A program made the translations under genes and the position numbers. A stretch of 59,780 nt of DNA, filler included, from Neoconidiobolus thromboides FSU 785 (lineage: Eukaryota > Fungi > Entomophthoromycota), in the NCBI GenBank assembly GCA_025603075.1. It is 7 parts of 7 records of this genome, joined end to end, with 100 filler letters (N's around TTAATTAATTAA, not from the genome) between each part and the next. Parts side by side here need not be neighbours in the genome. Positions count along the whole stretch, not along the records: positions 23,609 to 45,118 come from MU626542.1; positions 45,219 to 56,908 come from MU626640.1; 5 more parts are not named here. One strand, written 5' to 3'. The notes beneath the pieces were generated by a model that saw only the letters and a program-made list of their open reading frames with translations, searched no databases and was not told the DNA's origin. This document shows, piece by piece, positions 37,649-50,433 of this stretch. The stretch's first letter is position 1. The number at the start of each line of letters is the position of its first letter.

Positions 37649-37735
37649 GGGAGTGTATTTCTGTAAGAATTTACAATCTTTCTACTTAAGTAGCACTTAA
37701 AAAGTGAAAAAAGTGATGAAACTAAAAAAGTCCTC
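37649..37735 (+). mobile_element. MITE copy, internally shortened
   Basis: ATTT/ATTT target duplication. Confidence 0.75.
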
Positions 37736-37902
37736 ATTTATTGCAAATATTTTAAAAACTATTAAAAGTCGATAAGAAAGGTCCTATTGTAAGTTATTTT
37801 AAATGGGCAAATATGTTGATAGCACTTAGTGGTGGTTAAATTTACAATTTTTGCTAAAAATGAACATTGGATGATTTAAACTAACTCAAATGCAAGATTG
37901 GA

Positions 37903-37984
37903 TGTCAACTGTGGGGTTCGAACCCACGCCTCTCTCGAGATTGCATCTTAAGTGCAACGCCTTAGACCGCTCGGCCAAATTGAC
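37903..37984 (-). tRNA. tRNA-Leu(UAA): tRNA-Leu (anticodon UAA)
   Basis: Reverse complement identical to 24903-24984. Confidence 0.95.
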
Positions 37985-38126
37985 ATGTCTACTAATTAGA
38001 AATAGTATTCTAAATATAAATCAAAAGCCTTTCTAAAATTTAAACTTCTAAAGTTGATAAAGCTTTAAAATGATGTACTTTTTATAAAGTTTTATTGATA
38101 TAAGCCCTTTCACTCAAATAACATTT

Positions 38127-38223
38127 GAGGATATATTTTTGTGTTTAAGAATTTTACTAACAGTTTTTCCACCCAAATAGCGCTTAAAAGATAGAAAAAG
38201 TAATGAAGTCAAAAAATATCTCC
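38127..38223 (+). mobile_element. ~98-bp MITE copy
   Basis: ATTT/ATTT target duplication. Confidence 0.82.
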
Positions 38224-38266
38224 ATTTAAAAAATAAAAAAGTGATGAGACCAAAAAAAAAAAGTTT

Positions 38267-38464
38267 TGTGAAATATCGCTGTCAGCTCCATGATTGATTA
38301 TAACATAGCAATCACTTAGGTTATTGTGTTCTCGATTTTAGAGACAATTAATCCCACGCTTTTAGTTTGATTTGCTATGAGAATTTCTAGCTTCATTCCA
38401 GGGAATATTATCTTCTCGTTTTAATATTCATACTTATTAGAGTACAAAAGAGATTTTAGAATTC
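38267..38464 (-). mobile_element. TG...CA repeat family, truncated copy
   Basis: TGTGAAATATCGC... aligns to 11605 onward; ends at the MITE starting at 38465. Confidence 0.72.
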
Positions 38465-38559
38465 GAGGGTTTTTTTAGTTTCATTATTTTTCCATTTTTT
38501 AAACACTATTTGAGCGGAAATATTGTTAGTGCAATTCTTAAACAAAAAAATACATCTCC
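38465..38559 (-). mobile_element. ~98-bp MITE copy
   Basis: Flanks ATTC/ATTT; abuts the truncated TG...CA element. Confidence 0.78.
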
Positions 38560-38659
38560 ATTTTGTTTAATTTAATTTACAATCTGGCTTGAACATAACG
38601 GAAGTCAAAACCTGCGGTATTAAATTTTAAAAGATAAATAGTAAATACCATGAAAATAA

Positions 38660-38741
38660 TGTCAACTGTGGGGTTCGAACCCACGCCTCTCTCGAGATTG
38701 CATCTTAAGTGCAACGCCTTAGACCGCTCGGCCAAATTGAC
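38660..38741 (-). tRNA. tRNA-Leu(UAA): tRNA-Leu (anticodon UAA)
   Basis: Reverse complement identical to 24903-24984; TTATTTT follows on the minus strand. Confidence 0.95.
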
Positions 38742-39191
38742 CTACTGATTTATGGACTAAAATATTTTAAAAAATACAAAACTGTATCCTTTTAAATCGT
38801 AGGTAAGCTAAATCATTAAGCATAATGTTATATTGTTTAAATCATGTAAGCATCATTTTTGTTAAAATGACAAGCTATTCAAATTAAAAAATATCCTTTA
38901 GAGACTGATTTTGTTAATACCAATTTTACAATTATTAAAAGTTGGAGATCAAAAACCAAGCTTAATAAAAAGGATGTTGAAGCGTATAAATTTATAAATA
39001 CGATAAACTTCGAATAAGATCAACTTTGTTAAAATAAAAAGCGAATTCTAACTTTTGATTAAAATTTACTAAATTTAGTTAAATTTATTAAAATTAAATG
39101 GAAATAAACTATAGTTTTATATTAAATTTTAATAGACATCTTATTATTATTATTTTTTTATTTTATTTTTTTGTTTACTTAGTCAATTATT

Positions 39192-41283
39192 ATGTTATTA
39201 ACTAACTTAAGAGAAAGATATCATAAATATAGGATTAAAAATCAATTTGAAAGATTAGTTCAATTATCTAGATTGTCTTTAATTTTTAATGATACAAGTG
39301 AAGAAGTTATTAAAGCTACCGAAGAGTTAATTCAGTTATCTCATCAAGGTAAACTTACGAATTGGTGATCTGCCAGCTCATTAAGGGAAAGGTACTAATA
39401 TTCTGTTACTAGCAAAAAGATTTGTCGATGTGTTACTGTATCTAATGGACACCTTGGATATCCATGATGAACTTAGTCCCCAATTAGTATCGCATATATT
39501 AGGTAATGAAATTGGACTTAGAAATTAAGTCATGTTTTTTAACAATAACAAACAATAGAAATTACAGCGCTACCAAATTTTGATACCTTGAATAAATTAG
39601 TACAAAAAATCATTAAAAAAATAAAAACTGGTAGATTAAATTGTAATAGTAGTTAGCATAAGATTAATCTTTCGTTTCAATTATTAGTAAAAAATCAAGA
39701 AGAAAGTGATCGATTACGTTGTATAAGTTCCATTATACTAGGTATCATTGCGGAAAAATTAGCTGGTAAAGGGAGCAGTAAACTATTTGATAATAATGTT
39801 ATGGAGCTATTACTTGATAATATCAAAGGAGATTATAGCTATTATACCCATCTATTTACTTTTATTTCATTAGAAAATTTTGCACTGACTAGTAAGTTGA
39901 AGATCGATATTCTAGTATTATTATCTACTAATATTAGTTTCATTACTTTAGATGAGAATAAACAAAGGTTGTTAGGAGCTAATTATAAACAGTTGCTTAA
40001 AGATTACCTTGACAAGTTGGATCTAAAGTCAAATTTAACTCATCAGATTAAGTTTTGCGTATTGCACTCTAAAGTTGATTTTTTGGGTAATTTTATATTA
40101 GATAGTTATTAAGACTCCTTTACTTATTTTTTTTTTAGAAATCCCAGTTCCAAACCAAGTAATAATTTGGTTATAATACTATTTGTAAATTATTAACTGT
40201 TATAAAATATAAGGCTACTCAAGAAGCTTTATTTTCAGGTATCAATTGCGCTTTAGATTGGTGTAGCTCGAGTTCCTTTATTAAGTTTTCGGAAGATTTA
40301 AGTCAAGTAAGTTAACTTATTACCATCTATCATTTGTTTTTTATAATATAAATTTATAGTGTCGAAATGACAGAATTGGGTTTGCTACTACTTTAGGTAC
40401 CACTTGTATCACGGATGGTAACATAATAATATAAATTTGTATTATATAAAGCTCAATTTTTTATTAAGGTAAATGGTATTTTGAAGTATTATTGCTTTCT
40501 GGTGGTATTATGCAGGTGGGTTGGGCTACTCAAGCAGCAAAATTTAAACCGGAGGATGGTGTTGGTATTATTCTTATAGTTTTAAATGTAGAAATTAGAT
40601 TTATTATATTTATTAGGTATTGGTGATGAAGAACATTCTTTTGGTTTTGATGGTCTACGTAACTTGAATTGGGTAATTAAAGTAAAAGTTTAATAATAAT
40701 AAATTAACGATTAAATAGTATAAAGGAGAATCCACTTTATATGGAATAAATTCATGGAAGAGTGGTAAAAGATAATATATAATTATATTTACAATATATT
40801 AATAAGATTAATAATAACAAAGGTGATATTATTGGCGTTTACATAGATTTAGATAAAGGAAGCGGATATTATACATTAAATGGTAAAGAATTAGGAGGAA
40901 CTTATTACTTTGAGCCAGGGGATATAAATTTATTTTGTGAAATTGAAGGAGGATTAAAGCCAGGGATTTCGCTAACAAGTTATCAACAAGTATTGGTTAA
41001 CTTTGGTAATTTACCATTCCGATTTAGTCCAATAGAAGATTATCGGTTATTAAGTGATTATGGTCAATTAACTCAAACGATAAAGATGGGACCAAAATAC
41101 TTAAATCAAAAATTACAAGAAGATGACAAACTAGATGATAAGTGTCAGATATGCTACCTAAATGAAGCTGGATTTCAATTATTACCATGTAAACATGATG
41201 GTTTCTGTATGGAATGTATTAATCAAATGGATATATGTCCCTTTTGCAGAATTAATATCTCTTCTTGGAAAAAAACAAATTAA
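39192..41283 (+). CDS. RSPRY1: RING finger and SPRY domain protein (RSPRY1-like E3 ligase), multi-exon
   Basis: Spliced GKWYFEVLLLSGGIMQVGWAT...PEDGVGIGDEEHSFGFDG (SPRY), IAEKLAG, and C-terminal CQIC...LLPCKHDGFCMECINQMDICPFCR (C3HC4 RING). The start codon is tentative. Confidence 0.85.
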
Positions 41284-41465
41284 TTTTCTATTAATAACTC
41301 TCTTTTAACTTTATTTTATTTCTGTAAATAAAACTACTTATTCATCTTTAACTTATCTTTATTCGCTTTTCTTTAAAAACTAAAAAAACATTATATATTA
41401 TATACTATAAAAAATATAGTTTCATTATATAACTTAAATAATTTAACTAAAAAAAAACTAACTTC

Positions 41466-42464
41466 CTATTTGCGTGTAGCAGCTTTTCGTTTGGCAACAC
41501 AATCATTACAGTACCATTTTCCTTTAGGAAGGGTCTTAAGCCCAACACATTGGTAATGAAACCATTCTCTTACACACTATCATATTTTAAGTATTTAATT
41601 ATATGCTATAATATAAAACACTTACTGTTTCGTCATCACACCCTACCATATCTCCATAAGATACTTGATTGCAATAGCAATAAGTAGGTTCGTTTGGATC
41701 AGCATTCATATGATTAGAATCACTATATAATTTTAGACTGGGTATAGCTTGATAAAATTAAAGTATACTCTTTGTCTTTTCCACGATTTTTAATAAGTTC
41801 ATGTTTCTCTTTTTTCTCTAAAAAAAGGAATGAATAATTATTGACTGATGAAATTAGATCAAATTCACTTTTGTTTGGCTGTGAACCTTCATTCTTTTTT
41901 AAGTTACTTCTTTTGTCACTCATTTCTTTGATGGGCTTGATATGAATCAACTCACTCTGCTCAAACCTTTCTAGCTCTTCTTCTAGTTTACGGATGGTTT
42001 GGTCCGTCTGAAAACATCAAAAAATAAAAAATAAAAAATAAGCAAAAAACTAAGCCTACCAAGTTATAAGTTTGGGCGGCCAAAGAAACCTTCTCTTCAC
42101 CTTGTTTTAAAGCGTGGCCAAAGCTGATAGTCATCTTTCTTAAAACTTCATACCGCTGTTTATCTTCCATCAAGTCTACATTTTCAAGTAAATAATTGGT
42201 ATCTGTCTCCACTTCTTTTATCAAAGCTAGTTTAAATTGAAATTTAGTTTTGTTTACAGCTGATAAAAAAATACAAATTTACATTGAGAGCTAGCATCTA
42301 ACTCTCGCATCAATTGTAAGTTCCTTTGTAAATCTATAGGGAGACTTTCAAGCTCTATTTCTTTTTTAATTCATTTCACTTTTTATACTTTGTTCATTTT
42401 AATTACTTTCAATATATCCTTTTAATGACATTATTTTATTAAAAGATGTTTTTTCATCAACCAT
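41466..42464 (-). CDS. ING-family PHD-finger chromatin reader (Yng2/Pho23/ING-like), multi-exon
   Basis: N-terminal [32 protein letters not shown], and [52 protein letters not shown]. First exon is tentative. Confidence 0.9.
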
Positions 42465-42700
42465 CTTTTCTTTGGTTTACCTAATAATAGCCAATAAAAC
42501 TCATTCGATTACGAAAAGTGCTTTAATGTTGAAATTTCCACCAAAGTGTTTATCTAACAATGTTAACTTGTGTAGTTTTTATCCTATTTATCGACAAATA
42601 CAATTGTAAAAATCCCTTTTGGATAATTGAAAGTGGTACAAATTTATTGCCACTGTTTCAATATAGATAATTAATGAGAATAAATTAAACCAAAGATAAT

Positions 42701-43654
42701 ATGGAAGAGGAATTACGACAGCAAATTCAAACCTGGAAGGAAAAAGGCAAGCTATTGGATATCCGTACAGCAGTAAAAGGTAGCAGCTATATTAAAGGAA
42801 GCACTTATATACCATATAACGAAAATTTTGAATTAAGATGGTGTGAACTTCCAAACAAAAATGAAGGGCTAAATATGCTAATTTCAGAAGAAGGGACAGA
42901 GATGCAACTAGTTGAAAAGATCAAACAAAGGGGTTGGAAAATAGAGCAAGTTTTTAAATCCAATAGTTTATTTTGGAAACTGATTGAAGAGTTTGATTTA
43001 TTAGCAACTGATTATGAGTATAATAGATTGTTATTTTCCCCAGCGCCTTTTTTACTAAGGAATTTAAAGCTAATTGAAACCATTTTGAATGAAAGGTTTG
43101 GTCATAAGCCTCATTGGAGCACATTAGATATAGGATGCGGTAGTGGCAGGGATATGGCATGGTTAGCATTTAATAACAAAAAGTTTCACCTATACGGGAT
43201 AGATTGTGTGCAGACTGCTTTAAATCGAGTAGAATTGCTTTTTAGTAATTTAAATTTACAAACTAATTTAAAACAATTAATACGTTTAAAGTTTTTACCT
43301 GATTCCACTTTCAAATTATATACAAAAAATCAAACATTAATTTATAATGATATCGGCAAGATTCCTTTTATCAATGTAAATAAATTCCAGCTTATCCTTT
43401 GTGTCCGATACTTGGAAAGAGCTAGTTTCATTCACCTGTACTCCCTTTTAGCTTCGGGTGGTATTTTACTCTTTTCTACTTTTTTACATTTAGAGGGTTG
43501 CTCAGATTATGAGCCTTCCTTAGAATCTGGTAAAAGATTACTTCCTGGTGAATTAGTAAAGGAATTTGGTTCTCAGTTTCAAGTTTTAATAGATTGTATA
43601 GAGTATTCGGAAGATAATAGACCTTTGAATTCTTTTTTAGCTGTTAAAAAATAA
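42701..43654 (+). CDS. Rhodanese-like domain fused to a class I SAM-dependent methyltransferase, intronless
   Basis: LLDIR...YIKGSTYIP...ELP (rhodanese-like N-terminus); LDIGCGSGRD (SAM motif I), GID, FQLILCVRYL, LASGGILL. Confidence 0.75.
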   Translation: MEEELRQQIQTWKEKGKLLDIRTAVKGSSYIKGSTYIPYNENFELRWCELPNKNEGLNMLISEEGTEMQLVEKIKQRGWKIEQVFKSNSLFWKLIEEFDLLATDYEYNRLLFSPAPFLLRNLKLIETILNERFGHKPHWSTLDIGCGSGRDMAWLAFNNKKFHLYGIDCVQTALNRVELLFSNLNLQTNLKQLIRLKFLPDSTFKLYTKNQTLIYNDIGKIPFINVNKFQLILCVRYLERASFIHLYSLLASGGILLFSTFLHLEGCSDYEPSLESGKRLLPGELVKEFGSQFQVLIDCIEYSEDNRPLNSFLAVKK

Positions 43655-43887
43655 AAGTTAAATATTTGTAATTGATTAGTTGATTTTATAAACAGTTTGT
43701 TATCTTGTTTAGATATATAATTGATAGTTGTTTAAATTTTATTTATATACTGCAAAATCCATCTAGATTTAAGGATGTTTTTTCAAGTACATATAGCTGT
43801 TTAATTTAAATAAAATTTTCAAAAGTTGCTCACTAAGACTAGATCAATCTAAATATTTTATTAATAAAATAAACTCTTATCAATTAT

Positions 43888-43978
43888 AGGGTGTTTTCTG
43901 ATTTCATTACTTCTCCATTTTTTAAGCGCTATTCAAGTGGAAAGATTGTTAGTAAAATTTTAAAAAAAACATACCCCT
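43888..43978 (-). mobile_element. ~98-bp MITE copy
   Basis: Conserved core and terminal repeats. Confidence 0.78.
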
Positions 43979-44673
43979 ATTTGTTTTCTAAATATTAATA
44001 TATTTGTTTCTATATCGTTTACTTATAAAATTATGTCCCACAATAAAAGAAGATTTAAAAAAATAATTTTATTAAATTCTTATCTCTTATATATATAAAC
44101 TAGTTTAAAAGCTCAACTTAATTTCTACCTAATTCAAATTTTTAACAAATATAAATTAAGCCAAAATACTATAAAATTATTTGTCTTTTATTTAATTTTA
44201 ACTAAAGTATTAACTTTACTTGTTTAAAATTGAGCATATATATTAGTTGAGGATTAGTTATATTTTCAGAAAAGTATAAAGATTAAGTTACAATATTTGA
44301 AAATTTAAAATAATTTAAAAAAAATTGCAAATTAATAATATATCAAAAAAACCCAAAGAAACTGTCATTTTAATATTAATAAATGATATTATGTACATAA
44401 TAATATAATTTAGTATTTTATAATACAAAAAGGTAATTTTATATATAGATTTCTTGATTAATTAGAGTTAATATAATTTTAATTGATACATAACAATGTT
44501 TTTTTTTCGCTCAAGGACTTTATTGATTTTTTTTTGGAAACTCTGGCTTTAACTTAACTGTGAAATTTAATGCCTAATAATTAAAGTTAAAGGCTGTTTT
44601 AGTTTAACTGATTATAAGTTAATAAGCCCTAGTCTATATAATTAAAATAAACTTAAAGTGCAAAAAATAATAT

Positions 44674-44761
44674 GGGGGTGTTTTTTTTAGCTTTTACTTT
44701 ATCTTTTAAGCGCTATTTGAGCGAAAAATTATTAGCAAAATCCTCACAAAAATATATTACC
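44674..44761 (-). mobile_element. MITE copy, internally shortened
   Basis: ATAT/ATAT. Confidence 0.75.
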
Positions 44762-45218
44762 ATATATAGTAAGCTATGAGCTGTATAAAATAAGAGGTAT
44801 GGGGTTGTCTGAATTAGTTTCATTATTTTATCCAATTTTCAAAAAAAATTGTATTTTAAAAACTTCGCTTAAAATTCTATAAAATCACATCTTTTATTAA
44901 AACAAAAGTACCCAAACACAGTTCTAAATCATTCTATTATAGCTCATACTGTAAGTTACTTGAATTTCTACTAGATCTTAAATACATGTTCTTATAAAGC
45001 TTAATTGAGAAATATTTATTATCAACTGCTTTATAACCAACATTGTAGATTTATTATCAAATAAATAAACTATTTTAATGTTATAATTACATTATTAATA
45101 TATTGCCAAGTTAATAAANNNNNNNNNNNNNNNNNNNNNNNNNNNNNNNNNNNNNNNNNNNNTTAATTAATTAANNNNNNNNNNNNNNNNNNNNNNNNNN
45201 NNNNNNNNNNNNNNNNNN

Positions 45219-45881
45219 ATGGTTATATTTTCCTCTTGAATCTCTTCCTAAATAATTATGAGCAATAGCAGGATGAGTATAATCTACACCAGTATCAGCA
45301 TTAGCATAACGTAAATATTTAGCATTATTGGTAACTTCTCTTGGTAACTTGGTAGCATTAATAAATTTTAAACTCCAATGAACTTCTTTCCCAGTCCAGT
45401 TGATATCACCAGCTAATACAGCTTCTTGTTTTCCAAGGGATAAAACATTTGCATTCACTTTACGATTGGAAGAAATTTCTTCAACTTGACTACTGTTAGA
45501 TAAAATATCAATCAATTCTTTTGGAGCTTCAACAGCAAAAGTATTAGAGATTGAATAGAAACGATAATCCTTAATTTTTCCTTCTTTCTTATATTTCTCT
45601 AAGATATCTTGAACAGAACCTTTAGTTTGTTCAGCATGGGTATTTAAAACATCAACAACATTATCAGCATGGGCATCTAAGATAACTCCATCAACAGCAA
45701 ACCTAGAGTTTCCATTGATATTTAATGTAGGAACATCAGCTGGGTGTAATTGAACAAGGATAGGAGCAAGACTTTTGGTATTTAAATCTTGAGTTACTTG
45801 AGTTGCAATTTTAGCTTTACCTAAAACACTGGAAAGTAATGTTAAGGTAAGAGCTACTTTAAGAGAAGAGTAGAGTTGCAT
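45219..45881 (-). CDS. Secreted S8 subtilisin-like serine protease, copy 1; 3' part lost in gap
   Basis: Signal peptide, I9-like prodomain, W.LKFINA, and catalytic Asp motif ADTGVDYTHPAI. Confidence 0.9.
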
Positions 45882-47657
45882 TTTTTTATTATTTTAAAAA
45901 AAAAATTAAAGTTGATTACTTCAAGTTTGCTTATTATATATACTTCGTTTGCATTTTTGACTTTTATTAGTTTTTTTTCGATATCATTAGTCACCCTCAA
46001 AAACACTAGTAAACCTCTAAAGTGATCACGCCACCTAGGCTTCGAAATTCAAATATTCATTATGCTTCTCAATTTATAATTTTTGAACAAAAATAATAAA
46101 TTATACTTTATTTTAGGATGTAAAATTTATTAAAATATATAAAAGTTGAATATAATATAAAATTATACATCAAATGATAATTTTTATTACTTGTTATTTT
46201 CTAAATAGTAACTCACTTTTTTGAAACAATACATCTATTATCAGATTTTTTTAATTTAGAAGAAAAGTTTAAAATTTTATAGCTTTTTATTTTTATTTTA
46301 TATCTCATGTTAGATAGTGCAAATCTTGATCACATGGTCTTAGTATAATTACAGAAATACTAAACATTCACTATATTCTATTCAAATATCATAAATATAA
46401 ACTTGGGCTTTGAAATATTTTAAAAAATAATAAAGGCTTAATAGATATAATCTTTATTAGCCCAATAGCTTTTGTAACAGGTTTAATACTTTTATTTAAT
46501 ATAGATGGTGCTCAATGTTTTTAGTTTACTAATAGTTAGTCAGTCTATAAAAAACAAAACCATTCTAAATGATATTTACAGATTCTATTTAAGTAATGAA
46601 CCATTAATATTGAAAATCTTCCAACTTTCCAATATTTTAATATCTTTAAAGCAAAATCACGCGTTGTGTTAGTTCATATTTTATAATATTCGTTAATTAG
46701 ATAGATAAAGCGCTTCTTCTTTAATAATGAATTTATCATTACTCACATATTCACTTATCAAACAGGTATTAAAAGTTCCTTAAATTGATAATGACCGATC
46801 AGTTGACTAATTTTTAATTAAATTGATTTGATTTTTTATAGGTTATTAATTCAAAAATAGTAAATTTTACTTCAATTTAATTTGAACTGCAAAACCTTTA
46901 AAAAAATCTAGGTCTACTTCACTTTCGAAAATAACAACTTTTTGCAGTTTTGGGTTGATTTAAATTGAAGCTTAATTTTCTCTAATTTTGATTTTTATTA
47001 GATAGTCTTATTTATAATAACTATATTCATGCGCTTCAAAAAATAGGATAAGATATAACCTCAGTAATAGGTGTTCTTTGAGTCTAAAAACAATGCCTAG
47101 TTTGATATAATCTTTTTAACTGTCATAATTGCCTTTTATACTGTTTTCGATGAAGTAGATGAAAATAGCTAGCATGAATGAGACTACCTAGTACAAAAAT
47201 TGTAACTTAATCAAAGGTATTATGAAAATACTTGTTTTCCTAGTTTTTTAAAACTAAAAGGCTTTAAAGACAAGTACTTTGGAGTTTATGGCTATTTCAA
47301 GGTTTTAAAAAGTAATATTTTTGATGCTTTTTCTTAATTTTATAAAAACCGTATGAATCTATTTTTTTAGTGTTTAAATAATAATTTTTAATTTTATAAA
47401 TATCTGGATCACTCTTCACATATATACTTATAAAGTTGTTTAAAGTATATTATTGAGCATTTTTATATTTTTATCTAGATTTTAGTATATTTTAATATAT
47501 TTTATACTTATCTTACAATAGTTGATTCTATTAAAAATTTAAACAATCAAAACTGAGAATAGTTTCTATAGCAACATTACTTAATTAAATTAATTGTGGG
47601 TTAACACCAATAGTCTTACAGATTCGTAAAGCTTTATTTACATTGATAGTACCATAC

Positions 47658-47750
47658 AGGAGTGTTTTTTTGGTTTCATCACTTTTTCTGTTTCTTAACA
47701 ATTTTACTAACAATCTTTTCCACTCAAATAGACTTAAAAAAAACATTGCC
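47658..47750. mobile_element. Rearranged MITE copy with core inverted relative to the arm
   Basis: Minus-orientation long arm followed by plus-orientation core AATTTTACTAACAATCTTTTCCACTCAAATAG. Confidence 0.65.
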
Positions 47751-48974
47751 ATCCTTATGTTTATTATTTTGAATGGATTTATTAATTTTGTTACCATATT
47801 TCATTTTAGAAAAGACTGAAGTAGCAGATTGATGTAGTACTTTGACAATAAGATTTACTTTATCAATTAGACGTAGACATGCAGCAATGATCAACAAACA
47901 AGTATATCTATCATCTAGTACAATAGAAATGATATTAACACCTGAAACAGCAATATTGATGAAAACAGATGAACGTTTAACTATTGGTCCCATAGATAAG
48001 AAGTTAAACTCTTCCAGAAGATTTGCATTTAGCAATAGTCGCATCAAATGAATTGAGACCAATAACAGATGGAGCACTAACAATGAGTATCCTTTATATT
48101 TATTATTACCAACAACAAACATAAAAATACTAATAATTTTTATGAATCTAAGTCCATATTTAAAAGTAGAATAAGAGCAACCTTCAACTTCTGGACAATA
48201 ATAGTAATTAACAACAACATGTGAATAAAGGTCTGTATGATAATTCTTATTATTTAAATCTGTTAGGGCATAAGAAAATTATAAATAACTAAGATAAGAT
48301 TCAGGAGAATCAAGTTTTCGATTCATGATTCGTATTTCTATAAGTCATATATTTAGATAGAGATCCTCCTGCTTTAACTACCAATCATAGTTCCCATGAC
48401 ATGAATTTTATACATATGACCCTTGTATGGAATTTGAGAATTAATGGCACATTCAACATTTATATTTTATTTAAAAAGCTAATAGAATCTTTAATATTCG
48501 GTGTATTTAATTTATATACTATTAGTATAAAATTGGGCTTTAAAGTTTTTTAAAATACTAAAATAGATATTAATAAGTTTGAAATTTATATTATTAAATA
48601 ACTGATAACATCCTCTATAGAGTTTATAACCTTGAAGAAAATCAAAGTCTTAAAAAACATCTTTTAAAATAGTTATTGTTTTTTAATACTTAAACAATCT
48701 AATAATTAGTATTAAATATATTAAACTAATATGTAAAGTATCATTATATATCTACTTTAAATATTACAATATTAATAAAATCAAAAAAATTCAATAATTA
48801 ATTTAGCTTATTTATACTATAAAAATAGTTTATTGTTGTTTTTTTAACTTTAGAATTATTATTTATATTATTACTTCAGCCTATATCAATTTATTTGTTT
48901 CAAAATAATTTAAAAACTAGTTAATAAACCCCAAGTAAACTTATTAAAGACTGAAGTCAAGTCAATATTTTACT

Positions 48975-50190
48975 TTAATTTTTATCAAATGAAAAAATAG
49001 TACCAAAAAGACAATGTTGCATAATTGGAAACTTATTTAATACTTCTTCTTCAAACATTTTAATTAAACCATTGTTAACTTTTAACCAATAAGGTACTTG
49101 AGATATTTGATATAATGTTGGTGAATGTTCATAAAATGGACCTTTTTTTGCCTAAAATTAATGAATTTAATATTGATAAATATTATTTTGAAGTATTAAA
49201 TTTTACCTGATGAATAAAATCAATACATTCAAAAAATAAATTACTCTCTTTTTTTTCATCTATTATTTGTTTATTTAATATATCCAATGGTGTTATAACA
49301 TCTTGTTCTAATTTAATTCAATCAATTATTATAAACTATAAATTTACTCTTTGATTTTAAATAGATTACCTGGTATTAATTGAGCACTCCCAAATATATA
49401 AGGTAAAAATTGAAAATCATCTAAACCCCAAACACCATGAGAACCAGCGGGTTCTAATTTATAAGTTAATTGTAATTGACGAACTAAATTTAAATATCTA
49501 ATAAATAAATCATTTAATTCTATAGTAATAATAGTATAAACAATTTACCTTTTAAATATTATTAATATTACATTAATACAATCTTCTTTTTTAAAATATT
49601 CAATTTTGATTAATCCATATAAAAATATAATGAAATGAAATTCGTGTCCAGTTCCATAATCAATTCGAGTGCTATTACCAAAACTATTTAATAAATAAGA
49701 TCTTAACTCAATTTTAGCCTCTATTATTTCTTCATTTAATAAATCATCTAACAATACATTGATTTCCTTTTATTTTTAAAAAGAATTAATTAGCTTTAAC
49801 TTGTTTGTTCAATATTAATAATAGCTTTTAATTTACATTTTCTAACTTTTTATGCCATTCTCGAAACGCCAAATTACCAAATCTAGAACCATCTTCAATT
49901 AACTTTATATCTTTAATCCATGCCTCCATCATTGATAACATCTTTACACATTTTGTTATTGACTAAAATTAAATCGAAACTTAATATTTTCTTTTCTTTT
50001 GGTTGGTATATATAACATTACTTACTTCATTTTGTTTATCTTGATTATTAATAATTTTACCTTTTACTTGATCATTCATATACTTTATAAATTGTAAAAT
50101 GTCTTGATAACCTTGACTATTTTTCCATAATGACATATCCTCTTCTTTAAGGATCCTTCGTTCAGGCACTTTATAACTTATTGATGCCAT
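48975..50190 (-). CDS. PTPA: Phosphotyrosyl phosphatase activator (PP2A activator, Rrd1/Rrd2 family), multi-exon
   Basis: [81 protein letters not shown]. Confidence 0.95.
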
Positions 50191-50339
50191 TTTTTATTTA
50201 TAAAAAGCAAATTGATAAACAAAGAAACAAGTAAATAAATAAATGAATAAATATGACGATGTCTCTAATTTTAGTATTTTTTTCATTGATTGATTGGTTG
50301 ATTTTTTTTAGTAGAGTGACTTTAGTATTAAATAGTTAT

Positions 50340-50433
50340 GAGGATGATTTTTAGTTTCATTATTTTTTCCCTTTTTAAGCGCTATTTGAGTAGAAAGATT
50401 GTTGGTAAAATCCTTAAACAAAAATATATCCCC
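50340..50433 (-). mobile_element. ~98-bp MITE copy upstream of PTPA
   Basis: Flanks TTAT/ATAT; conserved core. Confidence 0.78.

Noticed and set aside
47842-48051. Plus-strand frame extendable by reading TGA as Trp (possible mitochondrial insertion or RNase H relic)
   Set aside because: It is the in-register antisense of the longer minus frame, and no mitochondrial or retroelement motif is convincing.
27517-50190. PP2A scaffold subunit and its activator PTPA in the same window as a functional cluster
   Set aside because: They are about 19 kb apart, with many unrelated genes and an assembly gap between them; chance is sufficient.
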